Below are positions 49,901-63,314 of a stretch of 64,000 nucleotides of DNA, one piece after another. Origin of the DNA: Camelus ferus (taxonomy: Eukaryota). Position numbers and translations under genes: made by a program. The stretch spans positions 5,334,001-5,398,000 of the forward strand of contig NC_045697.1 of NCBI RefSeq assembly GCF_009834535.1, read 5' to 3'. Within the stretch, counting starts at the first letter, position 1. Each line of letters begins with the position of its first letter. Under the pieces are notes generated by a model. The model had not been told where the DNA came from, made no database searches, and worked only from the letters and a program-made list of their open reading frames with translations.

Positions 49901-51507
49901 TCTCTACCCCCCTCCCCATTCAGTTGGAATCACGACCCTCAAGTCACTCAGAAGTTCACGCGACTCCAGTGAGTTCTTTCTGCAGATAGTTTTCCACTTC
50001 TGGAGCGGCAGTCGGCACCTTTGGGAGCTTTAGGTAGCCCTTCTCCCTGTCCTGCCTCCTGCCTCTGCCGCCCATGGCCCGAAGCTGGTAGTAATTGGTC
50101 TCCCCATCTGGACCTTGAGCTGCTCAATATACCTTCTCTTTAGGGTCAATGAGAAGACAGAAAAGGAGAGTGGCAGGGGCCAAATGGGACCCAGCACAGG
50201 CTCCCAGTGGGCTCCGAAGACATCCCAGGTCACCCACACCGTCCCAGAATCCGAGGGCAGAAATGTCAAATGCAGAGCTGGGGAGGGGGTGAGAGTGGCC
50301 AGGGAACTGAGGGAGCCGACAGCACAGAAGGCAGCCTATCTGTAAAGAGAGGCCCCTGGCCCTGTTCCAACCCTCCCTCCAGTGCCGGGCACTTCGGTCT
50401 GACCCCAGCCAGTTCCTTCTTGGCTACTCACAACCCACTCCTAAGGATTCAGACGGGCACAATCCAGGCCACCCCAGGTCTGGGCACTCTTATTCTCCGC
50501 CTCCACCCTATACCCTGTTCCCTTCCCACCTTCGAGATCCTTGGACCTCACTTTCTTTGCCCATGAGCATGAATGAAGGATGCTCATCCCACGAAGTGAG
50601 CTGGGTGCTACCCTCCTGGGTAGGATGGAGGGCTAAGGGGAGATAGTGGCAGAGAAGCCTCCAGTGTGCAGTAAGAGCTCAGTTGGGGCGCTGTGGAACA
50701 CATGTTCCATAAATAGGGAAACTGGGGCCCAAAGAGGAGTCATTTTCCCATAGCCTCTGAGCTTGAAACCGACAGAAATGGCACTAAAACATAGGTTGTC
50801 CAACCCCTAGTGCAGTGCTCATCCTTCCCCGCCGCCAGGAAGGTCAGGAAACCTGGACGTTCCAGCTTGACCAGTGGCTTGCACCTTTGCGACCTCACAG
50901 AGGACCATGTCCATTTGAGAGGATTCAGATGCAAAAAAAAAAAAAAAAAAAAAAAAAACCCTGTAAAGTGCGGTGCACCTTGGGACATTCTAGCCTTGGT
51001 AGATTCAGGGAGCATCTGTCTGTCCCACCTCTCCTGTCAGGGCCAGGGCACCGGCTCGCCTGAGCCCTGGGACAGGGTTCAGTTCTTGGAGCCAGGCCCC
51101 CTGGAGGCAACCCGCTTTGACTGAGCACCTACTATGTGGTAGATGCTCCGGATGCATTATCACAGTCAACTCTCAACGACGGTCCCCGAGGTGGACATCC
51201 CACTTTCCAGATGAAAAAACCGAGATTCAGAGAGTTGAAGTAGCGTGTTCTGGGCAGCGCAGCCGGGGCATGGGGACATCAGGACTGGAAAAGGGAAGAA
51301 GGGGAGTCTTTGTTGTCCCCGTCTCAGCCTCTGCATGGGGTAGATGGGCCATGGGGGTTGTAAATGCCTGAGGCTTTGATTCAGTTGTCCCCCCAATCCC
51401 ACTGCCAGCGGTTTTGGGCTGGATTGTGGTGACCGCCGGACTGGACTTCCTCAGACCCTCAAATTCCAGGTGCGCCGGGCAGGGGCGGGGCCGCGACTCC
51501 CTACAGG

Positions 51508-51554
51508 GCCACGCCCCTCTCCGTGCCACGCCCCTCTCCGTGCCACGCCCCTCT
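51508..51554. repeat. 17-bp tandem repeat GCCACGCCCCTCTCCGT x2.8
   Basis: Units at 51508-51524, 51525-51541 and 51542-51554 (partial). Confidence 0.95.
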
Positions 51555-53719
51555 GGACGCTGCCGAATCCTGGCCCCGCCCGCGGCCTCGGAGGTGCGTT
51601 ATCCCATGAATGATAAACTCCTGCCTGGACCTCAGCTGCTACATCCATATAATAGGCATGCTGAGCCTCACTTTGTCGTCCTCACGGAGACTGTGAGGAG
51701 GATTTGAGTCCAAGGAAACTGGAAAAATGAGGAGCCGAACGCCAGGACGGGGAATCATAAGTCTCGCTAATAATAGTTAACACGTATTGACAATTATTAT
51801 TGCCAAGCATTGTTCGGAACTCTTAACGAGTCATTTAATCCTGACAGCATCTCTGTTTTTATCCCTGATTTACATTTGGGAAAGCTGGAGTTAGCTTACA
51901 TCGACGAAAACAAACATAAAAACACAGTGCTCTAAGATTTCTCATGGTACCTCAGGGGATTCTCAGGGTGCCCCGCTGCATGGAGGTACCTCACTTTGGA
52001 GACCCCCAGCTCTGGACTCCCTGATGGGGAAAGGGCAAAAAAGGCTGCAAAGCCCGGCCCCGCCCACAGGGCCTGGTGCTTCCAGCTCGGATCCCTGCGA
52101 GTGGCCAGCTGGGGTGGCTCCCCACAGCACGCTTGTGTGGGCCCCCAAGATGAGTTCAGGGCCTGGAATAAAGAGGGGACACTTCAGAGGAGAGGTGGAT
52201 GGATGACTATCTGGCTGCGTCAAACCTTCACCACAAGGCAGACCCCTAACTCAGAGCACCCCCATCCAGCCAGAAGCAACCCGGCCAGAGAGCTGAGCTT
52301 TGGGAGGAAGGTCAGTTCATCTTAGCGCTGATTAAATAGCTCCTGAATGACGTTTTAAAAAGAACACTCAGTTGCTGGCTCTGCTGCATTTAAACATCCT
52401 TTGAACTTGAAGATGAGCTCTAGCCGCCTCTTCCTCTGAATATAGGAAGCCAAGGTCCAGAGGGATCAGACAACCTGCTCCCTGTCACCAGAAAGGCCCG
52501 TGGACTCCAAGCCAAACGGCGTGCCCCTGGCCAGCTGGCCACCTCCACCCTGCAGTACGTCCCCTGGCGGCGCGTGTCTCCTTGCCTGTCCGACACCGCC
52601 TGTGGGGTCTGGGGGATGCTGGAAGGATGTGGCAATGCGACTTTCATCCAGAGGCCCCACCCTCCCGCGAAAGCTGAATTTCCCTCCCTGAGCCTTCCTG
52701 ACTGGAGAATTATTCTCCCAGGCAGCCCCCTCCCCAGCTTTTCCTTCAGGAAAGAGCAAACTGTCCCAGGGCCCCTCAGCAGCTGAAGGTGCCCCCAACC
52801 CTCTTGAGCTTCTCCCTTCCCAGCCAGGATGCAGGGCAAGCCCACCTGAAAGGGACCCTTTCCATCCCTGCGGAGACCGCCTATCTGTTCAGATGGTGAG
52901 TCCCGGGACGCAGCCCAATTAAGTGAAAAGAGATCCGCCCTTATCAGGTTCAGGCGTAGTCCCGGCGGTGGTCCCGCGGCGGCCCCGGAGGGTCCCTGTC
53001 TGTTTGATTTTCCTGCTCAGACACACTTGTTTAAACAGACCCATCAGGGCCTCTGGTAACCGGAGCCAACCAGGAGCGTGATTGCCACATAAGGGGAGGC
53101 CGGCTCAGATGGTGAGTTGGGGAAAGGCAAATGGGACAGACCTGGCAGAAGCACCTTTAGAATCTGGAACAGTCTTCCTCTGGTAGTTTGCTCCACGAGT
53201 TCAAATCCTGGCTCCACCTCTTCCGGCTTTGTGCCTTTGGAGGAGTTCCTCCTGCCTCCCTTTCTCATTATGGGACAGGATTAAACGAATAGGGACACCT
53301 CTTAAGTGCTCAGAGGGACTTAGTGACCTGGGGGTCCCCATCACAGCAACCCCAAGAGATGGATACTTCAAACCTGAGACGTGGGTACCACTGTGTCCCT
53401 TTTAATAGGCGAGGAAGCCGGGATCCAGAGAGGTACAGTGACTTAGATGTCTGGAGGCAGCATCCTAATCCAGCCCTGGGGCCCCAAAGCCTGTTTTCTT
53501 TCCACCCCACGCTACCCTGAGTACAGTTCCAAGTTCAGGTTCAAGGTCAGGGTTCTGCACCTACACGGTGAGGGGAGGGGCAGAGCACAGTGACACAGAG
53601 GAGTCGGCCATCTCCTCTTCAGGGTCCGTGGGGCTCTCTCCTCCTCACATCTCTCAGCATGATGCCTGCTCCCCATCCTCCTCCCCTTCACATCTGGTCC
53701 CATCAGCCGCCACCTTGGG

Positions 53720-54085
53720 TGCCTTGCTGTTGCCCACGCACTCCTGCCTCAGGACACCTGAAATGCTCTCCCTCAAATAGCCCCATGGCTGCATCCCTCA
53801 CATCCTTTGAGGTCTTTGTTCAGATGTCACCTTCTCAGACAGAGAAGGCTGACCTGACCACCCTCCCCCAGCTGATCACCCCTCTATCCGTCTTTATTTT
53901 TCTCCATAGCCTGCACTGCCACCCAACATTTTATTATCATCTCTGTGATTATCTGTCTCTCCCCATTCCCATTCAGCGCCATAAGGGCAGATGCTTTATT
54001 CTGCTTGTGACTGGCTCTCGAGCACCTAGCACAGTGCTGGGCACTTAGCAGTTGCTCAATAAATATTTGTGAATGACTGAATAAA
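53720..54085 (+). mobile_element. LINE-2 (L2a-like) 3' end
   Basis: Ends gcacctagcacagtgctgggcacttagcagttgctcaataaatatttgtgaatgactgaat. Confidence 0.85.
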
Positions 54086-56299
54086 TCTGCAAACTCGCCA
54101 TGACTTTAGCAAAGTTACTGACCTCGGCATGTCTCGGTCTTCTCATCTGTAAATGCGCCTAGTAAGTCTACCCACTTGATGATGTGAGGAATAAAACAAG
54201 AAAAAGCATGTGCAGTACTTGGTGCAGTGAAAGTTCTTTTCTGACCAAAAGAGGTCAGTGGGTTTTCCAGAAGATTCTTGTTGTTAGACAGAGTGATGCA
54301 ACAGGACCTACCTCGGTGCCAGGTTTTGATCGCTCAACCTCAGGAGATAAAGCCACTTCCCATCCGATGGTTCATCTGAGCTCAGCAGTGACTATCTGAC
54401 TAACCAGATGTCGGGGCATTTTGCAGATGCAAGGGCAAGGCCCAGAGAGATCAGGACACTGCCTGGTTGTCACATTTCCAAGAGAACTCACTTGGCTCTG
54501 CTCTAAGTCCCCAACCCAGGACTGGCAGCTGGTTGGTTGACATTCTTGGACCTGAGCCGGATGCCATCTTTGGGAGGGCAGTGATGTAGGCTCAAATAAG
54601 GTGGCTCCTTCGGAGGAGCTGGTGCCAGGAGGACACTGGGGCTCAGGGCAACTTGTGAGATGAGGGCCTGGGAGAACGGACAGAGTTTGGACCTGTAAAA
54701 TGGAGGAGAATAAGCTGGTCCACAGCATGGGTGCACCAGCAGGAGGCAGGAAGGTGCAGGTCATGTAGGGTGCAAAGGCCAGGAGGTGACCCCAAGACTT
54801 CATGGCAACCCTGCCTGCCCTCTGGGGTTCCCAAACACTCTGGGCTCTTGGTCAGGGACAGTGTGGGGACATCCATGGACTCCGTTTTCCCAGCAATAAC
54901 AGTCATTAAACTGCATTCTCAAGCCCTCATTATCTTGTGTTTACAACCCTTCCAGAAAAACAAAAGCCAGCCCAGCCCTCCTCTCCCCACTTGACAGGCA
55001 GGCGTGTTAATTCCCCTTTCTGAGTGCAGAGAGAAAAACCTTCCCTGAGCTCCTCCTGGGGCTGGGCAGTGACTTCTGTAGCCTCTGGTGCCCGTGAGGG
55101 TGTGTTGTAGACCTTCCATCTTTAAAGGTAAATTTGTAAGAATTTTGTGGACCAGCATTAAGACTTTCCTCTCACGATGCAAAGAAGGGCAGTGAGATGG
55201 GAAGGCAAGAGGGCAGTGATGCTGGCTCTGTGTTAAGCACTTTAATTATCTTATTGCAAGCACCCAGCAACTCTTACACCCAGACACTGTTAACCCACTC
55301 AGCGGATGAGAAAACAGAGGCAGCGAAATATTGTGGTCTGAGGTGAGGTACTTAGTGGACTGTGTTGGCTTCTGACCTCAGGCACATGGAGAACATTAAT
55401 TATAGAATAATTAACCCCGTGAAACTTGCCAAAGACTCACGATATGCAGACTCTCTACACACATTACCTGGTTTAATCCCCCTGGCCATGTGGGGTTCAT
55501 GTTGTGGTCTCCACTTCACAGGGTGGGCATTGGTGGTGGCAAAAACGATGAGGATGGTGTGATGAGGTAACTTCCCCAAGGTCGATCAGCTCCTGGAAGC
55601 CGAGCAAGGACTTGAACTTTGTAAAAAGAGGAAGTTGCCACTTTGCGGGGGGAAAAGACAGGAGAGGCTGGTGAAACCAAAATGAAAGGAAACCAGTGTT
55701 TTGTGTTGTCTTGTTTCCCCTGGCAGGAAGAGCCCCCTGTGACTGCGCCCTGCCCACACGTGCTCCAACATCAAAGATGGGGGCGGCAGGTCCCTCTGGT
55801 GCATTGGGGGCAGAACAATCCCAGGCCAGGGGCTGGGTCTCAGCGAGGGAGGGAGCTCAGATGAAAGCGGGAGAGGGAGGAAGAGGAGCGGGAGGAGGGG
55901 GAAGTGAGAATCCATGAAAGCGCTCCTCCCTCCTGCTCTGCTCGGGTTGCTGAGCATGTGCAGACCCCTGGGGGGAGGATGGGGGTCTCCAGAGAGGAGA
56001 CTTTGAGGAGCTCAGCCTTCTTCTACTGGGCGCCAGGGCCCTCCTGAGTGGGGACTCAGAGCTTCGGCATGAGAACTTAAAAAATAAAAATCCGTGCTGT
56101 GGAATCACGCTGTGGCATAAGTAATCCCATCAACTGTACAGACACTTCATACACTGGATGCGATGTACTCTTCATGACCGATCTGCGAGGTGGCCTCGTG
56201 GCCCCAAATTTCTGGGAGAATGGGTTGAGTGACTTGCTGAAGGTCGCTCAGCAAAGTGGCTTCCCCACTGTATGTCAGAGTCGTATTAGGACTTGTGCA

Positions 56300-56748
56300 G
56301 GTGTCCTAGGGCAGTGTAGCGAAGTACCAGAGTGCGTGGCTTAGGAGAGATTTTTTTCCTCTCATAATTCTAGAGGCTAGACAGAGATCAAGGTGCCAGC
56401 AGGGCCACGCTGTCTCTGAGACGGTGGTTAGAATCCTTCCTTGCCTCTTCCTGGCTTCATGGTCTCCAGCCATCCTTGGTGGTTCCTTGGCTTCCAGTTG
56501 CATCACCCGAGTCTCTGCTCTGTCTCCTCCCTGTATGTCTTCACGTTGTCTTCCCTCTGTGTGTCTGTGTCCAAATTTCACTCTTCTTATAAGGACAGCA
56601 GTCATATTGGGTTAAGTCCCACCCTTCTCCAGTAGGACCTCGTCTTGATGACTTCCGCAAAGGTACTGTTTTCGAATGAGATCCCATTTGCAGCTATGGG
56701 TGGTTAGGACTTCAACTCATCTTTTTGCGGGACACAGTGCAACACACA
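56300..56748 (-). mobile_element. MaLR LTR (MLT1B-like)
   Basis: gagatcaaggtgccagcaggg...tcttcttataaggacagcagtcatattgg...ggttaggacttcaac. Confidence 0.8.
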
Positions 56749-58054
56749 GAAGGATGTATGTTGTCCTCTTCTTTGCCCAGAGAGCTCTGTGGTGCTGCTG
56801 AGAGCCACAGGCTTCGAGAACAGTCAGCTCAGAGCAGGATGATGGACCTGGGTCCCCCAGCTCCTTGAAAGGACACAGTGTCTTCATCCTCTTTTTCCAA
56901 GCCCTCAAACACAATTTTGTGCGATAGTCAATGGGCATCCTTGTGCCCATTTTACAGATGAGGAAACTGAAATTTAGAAAGATTCTGTAGCAAAGCCTGG
57001 ATCAAAAATAGATCCTAAAACCAACCACCGTCCCCAGGGGGCTGGGATGGGCATGCAAGGGTTAAGGCTGAGGCAGGGCAGGGCATGTGGGCCCAGTCCA
57101 GGCCCTGCTGCCTCGCTGGGCCTTAATACCACTGCTCGCTGTGGGTGCTGTCAGTTGCCTGGGAGCTGATTAAGATGTCACAGAGGATTATGATGTCAGG
57201 TGCAAGAATCGCGCTCCAGGAGGGGTGACTGCTGGGCCGGGAGGGAGGTTACCCCAGCAACGGAGACGGGACATCCACGCAGAGCAGCAGCACAGCCTGG
57301 TGGGTGGGGGATGGGGCTTGGGGTCACGCTGTCCCGGGTGCGGACTCTGGCCCCTCATCTCTGCCGCTGGGTGACCTTGGGTACAACACCTCCCATCCCT
57401 GAGCTGCATGCTCCTCGTGCACAGGCTGGGGGAGAATCTTTCCATCCCTGTGTGCATCAAATGGAGCAGCTGGAGAAAATCCTCTGGCCTCTGCAAGCAT
57501 CTGCCAAATGGCAGTCCCCAGGTAACCCGCAGGCATCAGCTCCAGAGCTGGGGCTCAGGCACGGGCAAGCTTGCCAGCAGTGGCAAAGAAATGGTGCCAG
57601 ATCACCTCGCTGCCAAGAGCTGAGGTTGCTTAGAGAGCACTGTCACCTGGCGATGGCGAGACTGGTTAGCAGCCTCCTTTGTGTCAACCAGTGGGAGGCT
57701 CTTCACACAGCCTGCTGAAGGTTTCGCTCAAATAATGCTGACCACAGCGCGTCTTCACTGTCTGTTCACTTGTTGCTTTCACTATTTGGCCATGAACCCT
57801 ATTTCTTTAGATCCCTAGAACCCAGCACCATGCCAAAACATGTTTGAATAAATGAAGGGAAAAAAGAAAGTGTTCTCTCAACTTCCCCCTTTACCCCTCA
57901 GAATAAATTTCTCCTGTCTTTGAGGCAGGAAATATTCCTCCTTCTCTGCAAAGCTTCCTTTCCCCTTAATGTGTCCTTAATTCTAATCCTCTTAATTTCC
58001 CAAGTCCTGACTTTTATTTATTTACTCATCCATCTGCCAGCTCAGCTATTCTGC

Positions 58055-58235
58055 CACCCATCCATCCATCCCTCCATCATCCAACCATCCCTCCATCATC
58101 CATCCATCCATCCATCCACTCATCCATCCATTTATCCATCCATCCATCCATGACATTATTCATTTACTTACCTGCCTGTCGATCTACCTATCCATCTGTC
58201 TACCCTCCACCCATTCACCAACCACCCATCCATCC
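58055..58235. repeat. (CATC)n tetranucleotide repeat, degenerate
   Basis: catccatccatccatcc... Confidence 0.9.
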
Positions 58236-60066
58236 TTCAGGGGAGGAGATACCTGAGCATCTGTCTCTAAGCCATGTCTTATGCTAGGCTTGAGGGGCCC
58301 ACAGGGTCACTTCAGACTGGGACCCTGGCCCTAAGGAGTTCTCAGTCTATTAGGGGTGAAAAGACATGAAAGGAAATCTCTGCAACGCACAGGCGAGAGG
58401 GAGGGGTCCTTCAGAGCAGGGAAGGCCAGGTTCTGGGGTCCCACACAGGATGCAGAAGTAGTGTTCTACTTGGAAATCAGGGAAGGCTCCTGGGAGGAAT
58501 GAGAGTAGAAGTGGCAGTTTCCTGAGGGAGGATAATTTGGGAGGGAGAGGTGAGTAAAAAAGCAAGTGGCAAGCAGCTCCCTCTTCTGCAACTCCCACCA
58601 CGTGCTGATATCGCCTCCCCTTTGCGGAGCCTTCACGCAGGTTCAGAGAGGTTAAGTAACTTCCTCCACGTCACTCATCATTGTGAGTGATAGAGCCGAT
58701 TTGAGAAACTCAAGTACAGCTCCTCAGAGAGGCCTTCCTGGGCCACTTCTGCCCATCTCACTCTGCCTGTTTCCTTCACAGTCTGCCCTATCTATGTCTG
58801 TTGTCTCTTTCCTCCACTGGAAGACCAGTTCCATGAGGGCAGGACCTGGCCTTGCTCCCTGCTCTGTCTCTAGCATCTGGAGACTGGCAGGTGCTCAGAG
58901 AGTCGTTTCTGAGATGCTGCGGATGGACCAGTCTGTGTGTCCTGGACCAGGAGACAGTTCCCTGGCCCCTGATCTCCTGCCCACTCTTTGAAGCCCCTTT
59001 CTCCCTGGAAGCCTCCCTGCTCAGCCGTCTTCTGACTCTGGCCAGCCTGGCCTTCCAGGTGTGGGATTCCATCAGCTTAACGCCAGCTCGGGCCTCCCTG
59101 TCCCCTGGCCAGGGCAGGCGTCCCCTGCTGCCCATTTCTGATCATCTTAGGAGACACGCACTGAGCAAGCAGATAATTGAAAAGATTACCCTGGGATGGG
59201 ACTCGTGGATGGTTGATTTATTGTGCGTCATCCCTACTTCAGGGTTTTTATTAGAAATTGAAGAACGGCTTCCCAACTTGAGCCTTGTGGCTGTGTTTAA
59301 CCTCCACCTGTCACACAGACTCACACTGGCTCCTGGTGGTTCTGCAAAGTCACTGTGCCTGGGAGCTCTGGATGTGACCCCCCACCCCCCCTCCCAACAG
59401 CAGCAGCCGCAGCTGAGACCCCGTCCCTCCCCCTCCCCCTCCCCTCTTCTCTCCCTCCCTCCCGCTCCTGCTTCCCCTCCTCCTTTCACCTTTCCCTACC
59501 TCTCCCCCTCCTGTCTGCTCTTGGGAGAGTGGAATGAGCTGGTTGGAAGGATGGGAGGGGACTTAAGCGAAAAAGTGGAGGATCCACATAGTGATTAAGT
59601 CGAATCCATCTTGGAAGCTTAGCCATCCTCCTGGGCTCTGCTCAGAAGTCCTTCTTGCATGAGGCCTTCCTTGAATCTCCTCTCCCATCTGGAAGCCGTC
59701 CCTTTTCCACCAGTTTCCAGAGCTTCTGGCTGGTCCTTCTGTTCATAGGAACGTGCCCATCCCACCTGGCACTGGGGTTGCTGTGTCTGAGATCAGTCTC
59801 TCCCGTCTCCATAAAGGCAGAGGCTCTGTGGGGGCGGGTGACCCTAGGGAGTCGGGGCAGGGTGGCAGGCACTTAAGCGGGGGCAGCTAACATGTTGGGG
59901 GTTGTTGGCCAACATGGAAGATCAGCTGGGGACTGGTGTCATAATCCAGAAGAGATTACAACCAGGTGAGCTGGGTGGCTTTGGGCGTATCACCTTACCT
60001 CTCTGAACCTGTCGTTTCTCATTTATACTACAGTGATAACAACACCCACCTTAGATATTCACCCTA

Positions 60067-60240
60067 AAGTGATGTTCTCAACTGGACCAGCTGCATCAAT
60101 GTCACGTGGGAACTTGTGAGAAATGCAGATCCTCAGGCCCCACCCTTGACCTGCTGCTGAGTCAGAAAGTCTGGGGTGGGGCCCAGCACGCCCTCCAGGA
60201 GACTCTGATGCACAGTAGAGTGCTGCTGAGAATGCAGGTG
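60067..60240. mobile_element. MER5A-like hAT MITE
   Basis: ttctcaact...gggaacttgtgagaaatgcagatcctcaggccccaccc...tctggggtggggcccagc...ccctccagg..actctgatgcac. Confidence 0.8.
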
Positions 60241-60734
60241 AAGTCGCTGACACAGAGGAGCACTCTGCGCCCCTTCCTCTGTGCTGAGATAAAGCTCTGG
60301 GTACTGTTCTGATGGGAAGATGCTGGCCAGAAAGATGTGTGTGTTCCAGGGTCAGGAGCAGCAGATGTTGACAGATCAGCAGAACGCCCTCCCTTCCCAA
60401 GTCATCCATGAGGCTCAAGGAAGGAAACAGCCCCTGGGTCAGGCCCTCCCTGGGGGAATGCTGGAAGCTGCCTCGAAGGAAGGAAACAGGTCGGGGTTCA
60501 AAGCAACCCCAAGAAGAAGCCTCAGGAAGGGACACCAGAAAGCTGTGTGGGAGAATCAACGCAGTGGGTGCTCTGCCCTCCTCTTACGTTCAGTCAGTTT
60601 CTGGTCACTAGACCTTCTCTTAGAGATGGCCTGGCACGTTCCCTGACCTCAGGTAGGGCTGCGGCGGGGAACGGTGCAGATAACTGACAGCAGGCACCTG
60701 GGACAGGAGGGGGATGGACTGACAGTTCCTACTG

Positions 60735-61005
60735 AGGCCCAGAGACCCAGGGAGAAGGCCATGTGGTGACAGAGGCAGAGATGGGATAGACACAGCCACA
60801 AGACAAGGAACCTTGGTCACTAGCAGCCACCAGAAGCGGAAAGAGGCCTGGGACAGCCACTACTCCCTGGAGCCTTTGGAGGAACACGGCCCTGCCAACA
60901 GCTTGGTCTTGGACTTCCGGCCTCCAGAGCTGTGAGAGAAGAGGTTTCTGTTGTTTAAAGCCCCCAGTCAGTGATACTTTGCTCTGGACAGCTGAACCCT
61001 GCACT
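60735..61005 (+). mobile_element. MaLR LTR (MLT1B/C-like) 3' part
   Basis: gaaggccatgtg..gacagaggcagagat...ggacttccggcctccagagctgtgagagaa..tttctgttgtttaaagcc. Confidence 0.8.
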
Positions 61006-62854
61006 GACTCCAAGTGTGGTCCCCAGACGGCAGCAGCAGCCTCACTGGTTAGTCACGCCTAGAACGCCAGACAAAATCTGCATTTTAACAAGATCCCCAA
61101 GCATCCTGAGTGGGGCTGGAGTCTGCAAACTCGCGTTTGGGTCAGCACGACCTTTGGCATCCATGCTCCTGGGGCGTCTGTCCAACCCTCTGGCTCAGGA
61201 AAGGCTGTGTGAGGCAGTGGCCAGAGTGCAGGCTTTGTCATCGCAGACCGCAGACCTGGTTTGACTGCTGGCTCTGCCGATGGTCAGCTGTGTGACTTCA
61301 GGATTGGTTTCTCAACGTCTCTGAGCCACGTGTGAATTTGGTAGGTAACTGAACCAAGTGCAGGAGCCCCAGAACCAGTCAGTGGGTTCACACAGGTGAC
61401 GGTTTGAGGGCCCCAAAGCGGGGACTTCAACGGGGCAGGAGCTGAGCTGAGAAGTTCCCGGGACTTTGGGGAGGCGGCCTCTAGTCCCTGACACCATCAT
61501 CATATGGCCTCCCCCATGGCACATTCTACTGCCCTACTTCCAGCGAGGTACCTGGAGGCCTGGTCGCAGGACCCTGGGTTTGGGGAGGGCGGTGATGATC
61601 AAGGCCAAGGGTGCTCGGTCCGCCTCCTTCTTGCCTGGGCTCTGGGGGTCTCTGTGCCCGCACCCCACAGTGTCTTCAGGTGGCCGTGCTCTTCACCACC
61701 TCTGCCACTTGCCTTCTTAGGGTGGTCCCAGACCCCCTGGCACCCTCCTCTTCCCTATGTCTTCTTCCCTCGTGCCCTCTCCCTTCCTACCCACCCTTCC
61801 CTTCCCATCCTGGGCGCTCGGCATCTGCTCCCACCCCTCCTGACACCGCTCCTCCTGGCCCTCACAAGTGCCGGATCAACGCATTTCGTAAAATGAGCCA
61901 CTGGCCATCAGGCGCAGGTGGGGACCTTTAGCGCCCTGTCCCCACTGCCGTTTTCTGTTTTCCCTCTCCTGCCTCCCTGTAGGCATCCCTCCCTCTGTCT
62001 CTTTCCTGGTTTCTCTCTGTGTATGGCTGTCTGGGTCTGTTTCTAAGGCTCTCTCCTTTCTCACCATGGAAACTGATTTCAATTCTGACCTCATCCAAAT
62101 GATTACAAATAGGAGGGGGAAACCACAGTCCTGGAATCTCGGCAAGGCGGTGGCTCCTTCCTCTGGGGCGGGGCCGGGTGCCCCTGCAGACTTCCAAAGG
62201 GCAGCCGGAGATGTCCTGTCTCAGCACCCCTCCCCTGGTGGAGGACGGGGAGGGACACTCCCCGAGGTCTTGGGGTCAGAGGTGGCTCAGCTGGTCTGGG
62301 AGGACTGCGCCGCCCTGACCTGGTCTCTGGGACTGTGCTTCGTTATCTCCCAGGGCCGCCTTTCATCAGCAACCGCTGAGTTTTGTGGTGACCAGGCCTG
62401 GGCTCTGGGGGGTGGGGAGCCCACCCTGATGCAGTGCAGAGCCCGGACAAGCCCTGTTTGCCTGATTCCTGCTCCCCTGGGGGTTACTTGGAGACACAGC
62501 GCGGGGCAGGGGGCTTAACCCGGCCTCTTTCATCAGCTGGGACCCGGCTCTCCCTTCATCCTTCCCCCTCCCCACAGGTAGACCCGCTATCACTTCCTTC
62601 AGAAAGAGAAATGCCTCTGACCCCAGCCCTCCTTCAGTTCCGAGGTCTAGCCAGTAAGGAAGGATTAGGATTTGCGAGATAGGGGATAAGATTACATTAA
62701 AAGGTTTGATTAAGGAAATAGAGGAAACAGGGTTTAGTGTTTCTTGCCTCCGCTCTGGGTCTTCAAATTGAATGTTCTTATTCTCATGCAGAGGCAATCA
62801 GCAACAATCCTGGCTAGCAACCTCCAACTCTGTTGTTGAATGCCCTCCTGAAAA

Positions 62855-63070
62855 CACACTTGCACACCCACTCACAACATGGACACACACTCCAATACCC
62901 GCACACACAACTCATTTGCGGTCGGAGTCTCACACTCATACTCAGCGCTTATGCAACCCCACCCCCACTCAAATACATACACAGACTCACGTGTAGTCGT
63001 GTACTCACGTCACATCTATACGCACACAACTTGCTTGCACGCTCATGCAGACACACATACACACACACAG
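62855..63070. repeat. Degenerate (CA)-rich simple repeat
   Basis: Interrupted CA runs. Confidence 0.8.
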
Positions 63071-63314
63071 AATTTCCCCAGCTCTAAATGAGAAAATACA
63101 GAGACTGCCGAGATTGGACCAAGGCCTGGTTGACCTGGGCAGGGTGAGGCTCTGCTGACCAGCACAGCACTGGCCCCCTGGGAGGAAGGCAGCCAACACA
63201 GTGCAGTGGCTGGTGCTGTGGGACTCCTGGCTAGAGCTCACCCACCCTACGGCTCTTTTCAGAGAAGCTGGAGACCTGGATTTTTATTAGGGATGTCTCA
63301 ATTTAAAAACGCTG

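Noticed and set aside
51508..51554. Short direct repeats as a CRISPR-like array
   Set aside because: Head-to-tail units without spacers in a mammalian genome.
52600..59200. Possible ortholog of a lncRNA upstream of human MSX1
   Set aside because: No exon structure or sequence identity can be established from this sequence alone.
58852..59598. 248-aa plus-strand ORF
   Set aside because: It starts in an L2-like remnant and ends in a polypyrimidine tract, with no recognisable domain.
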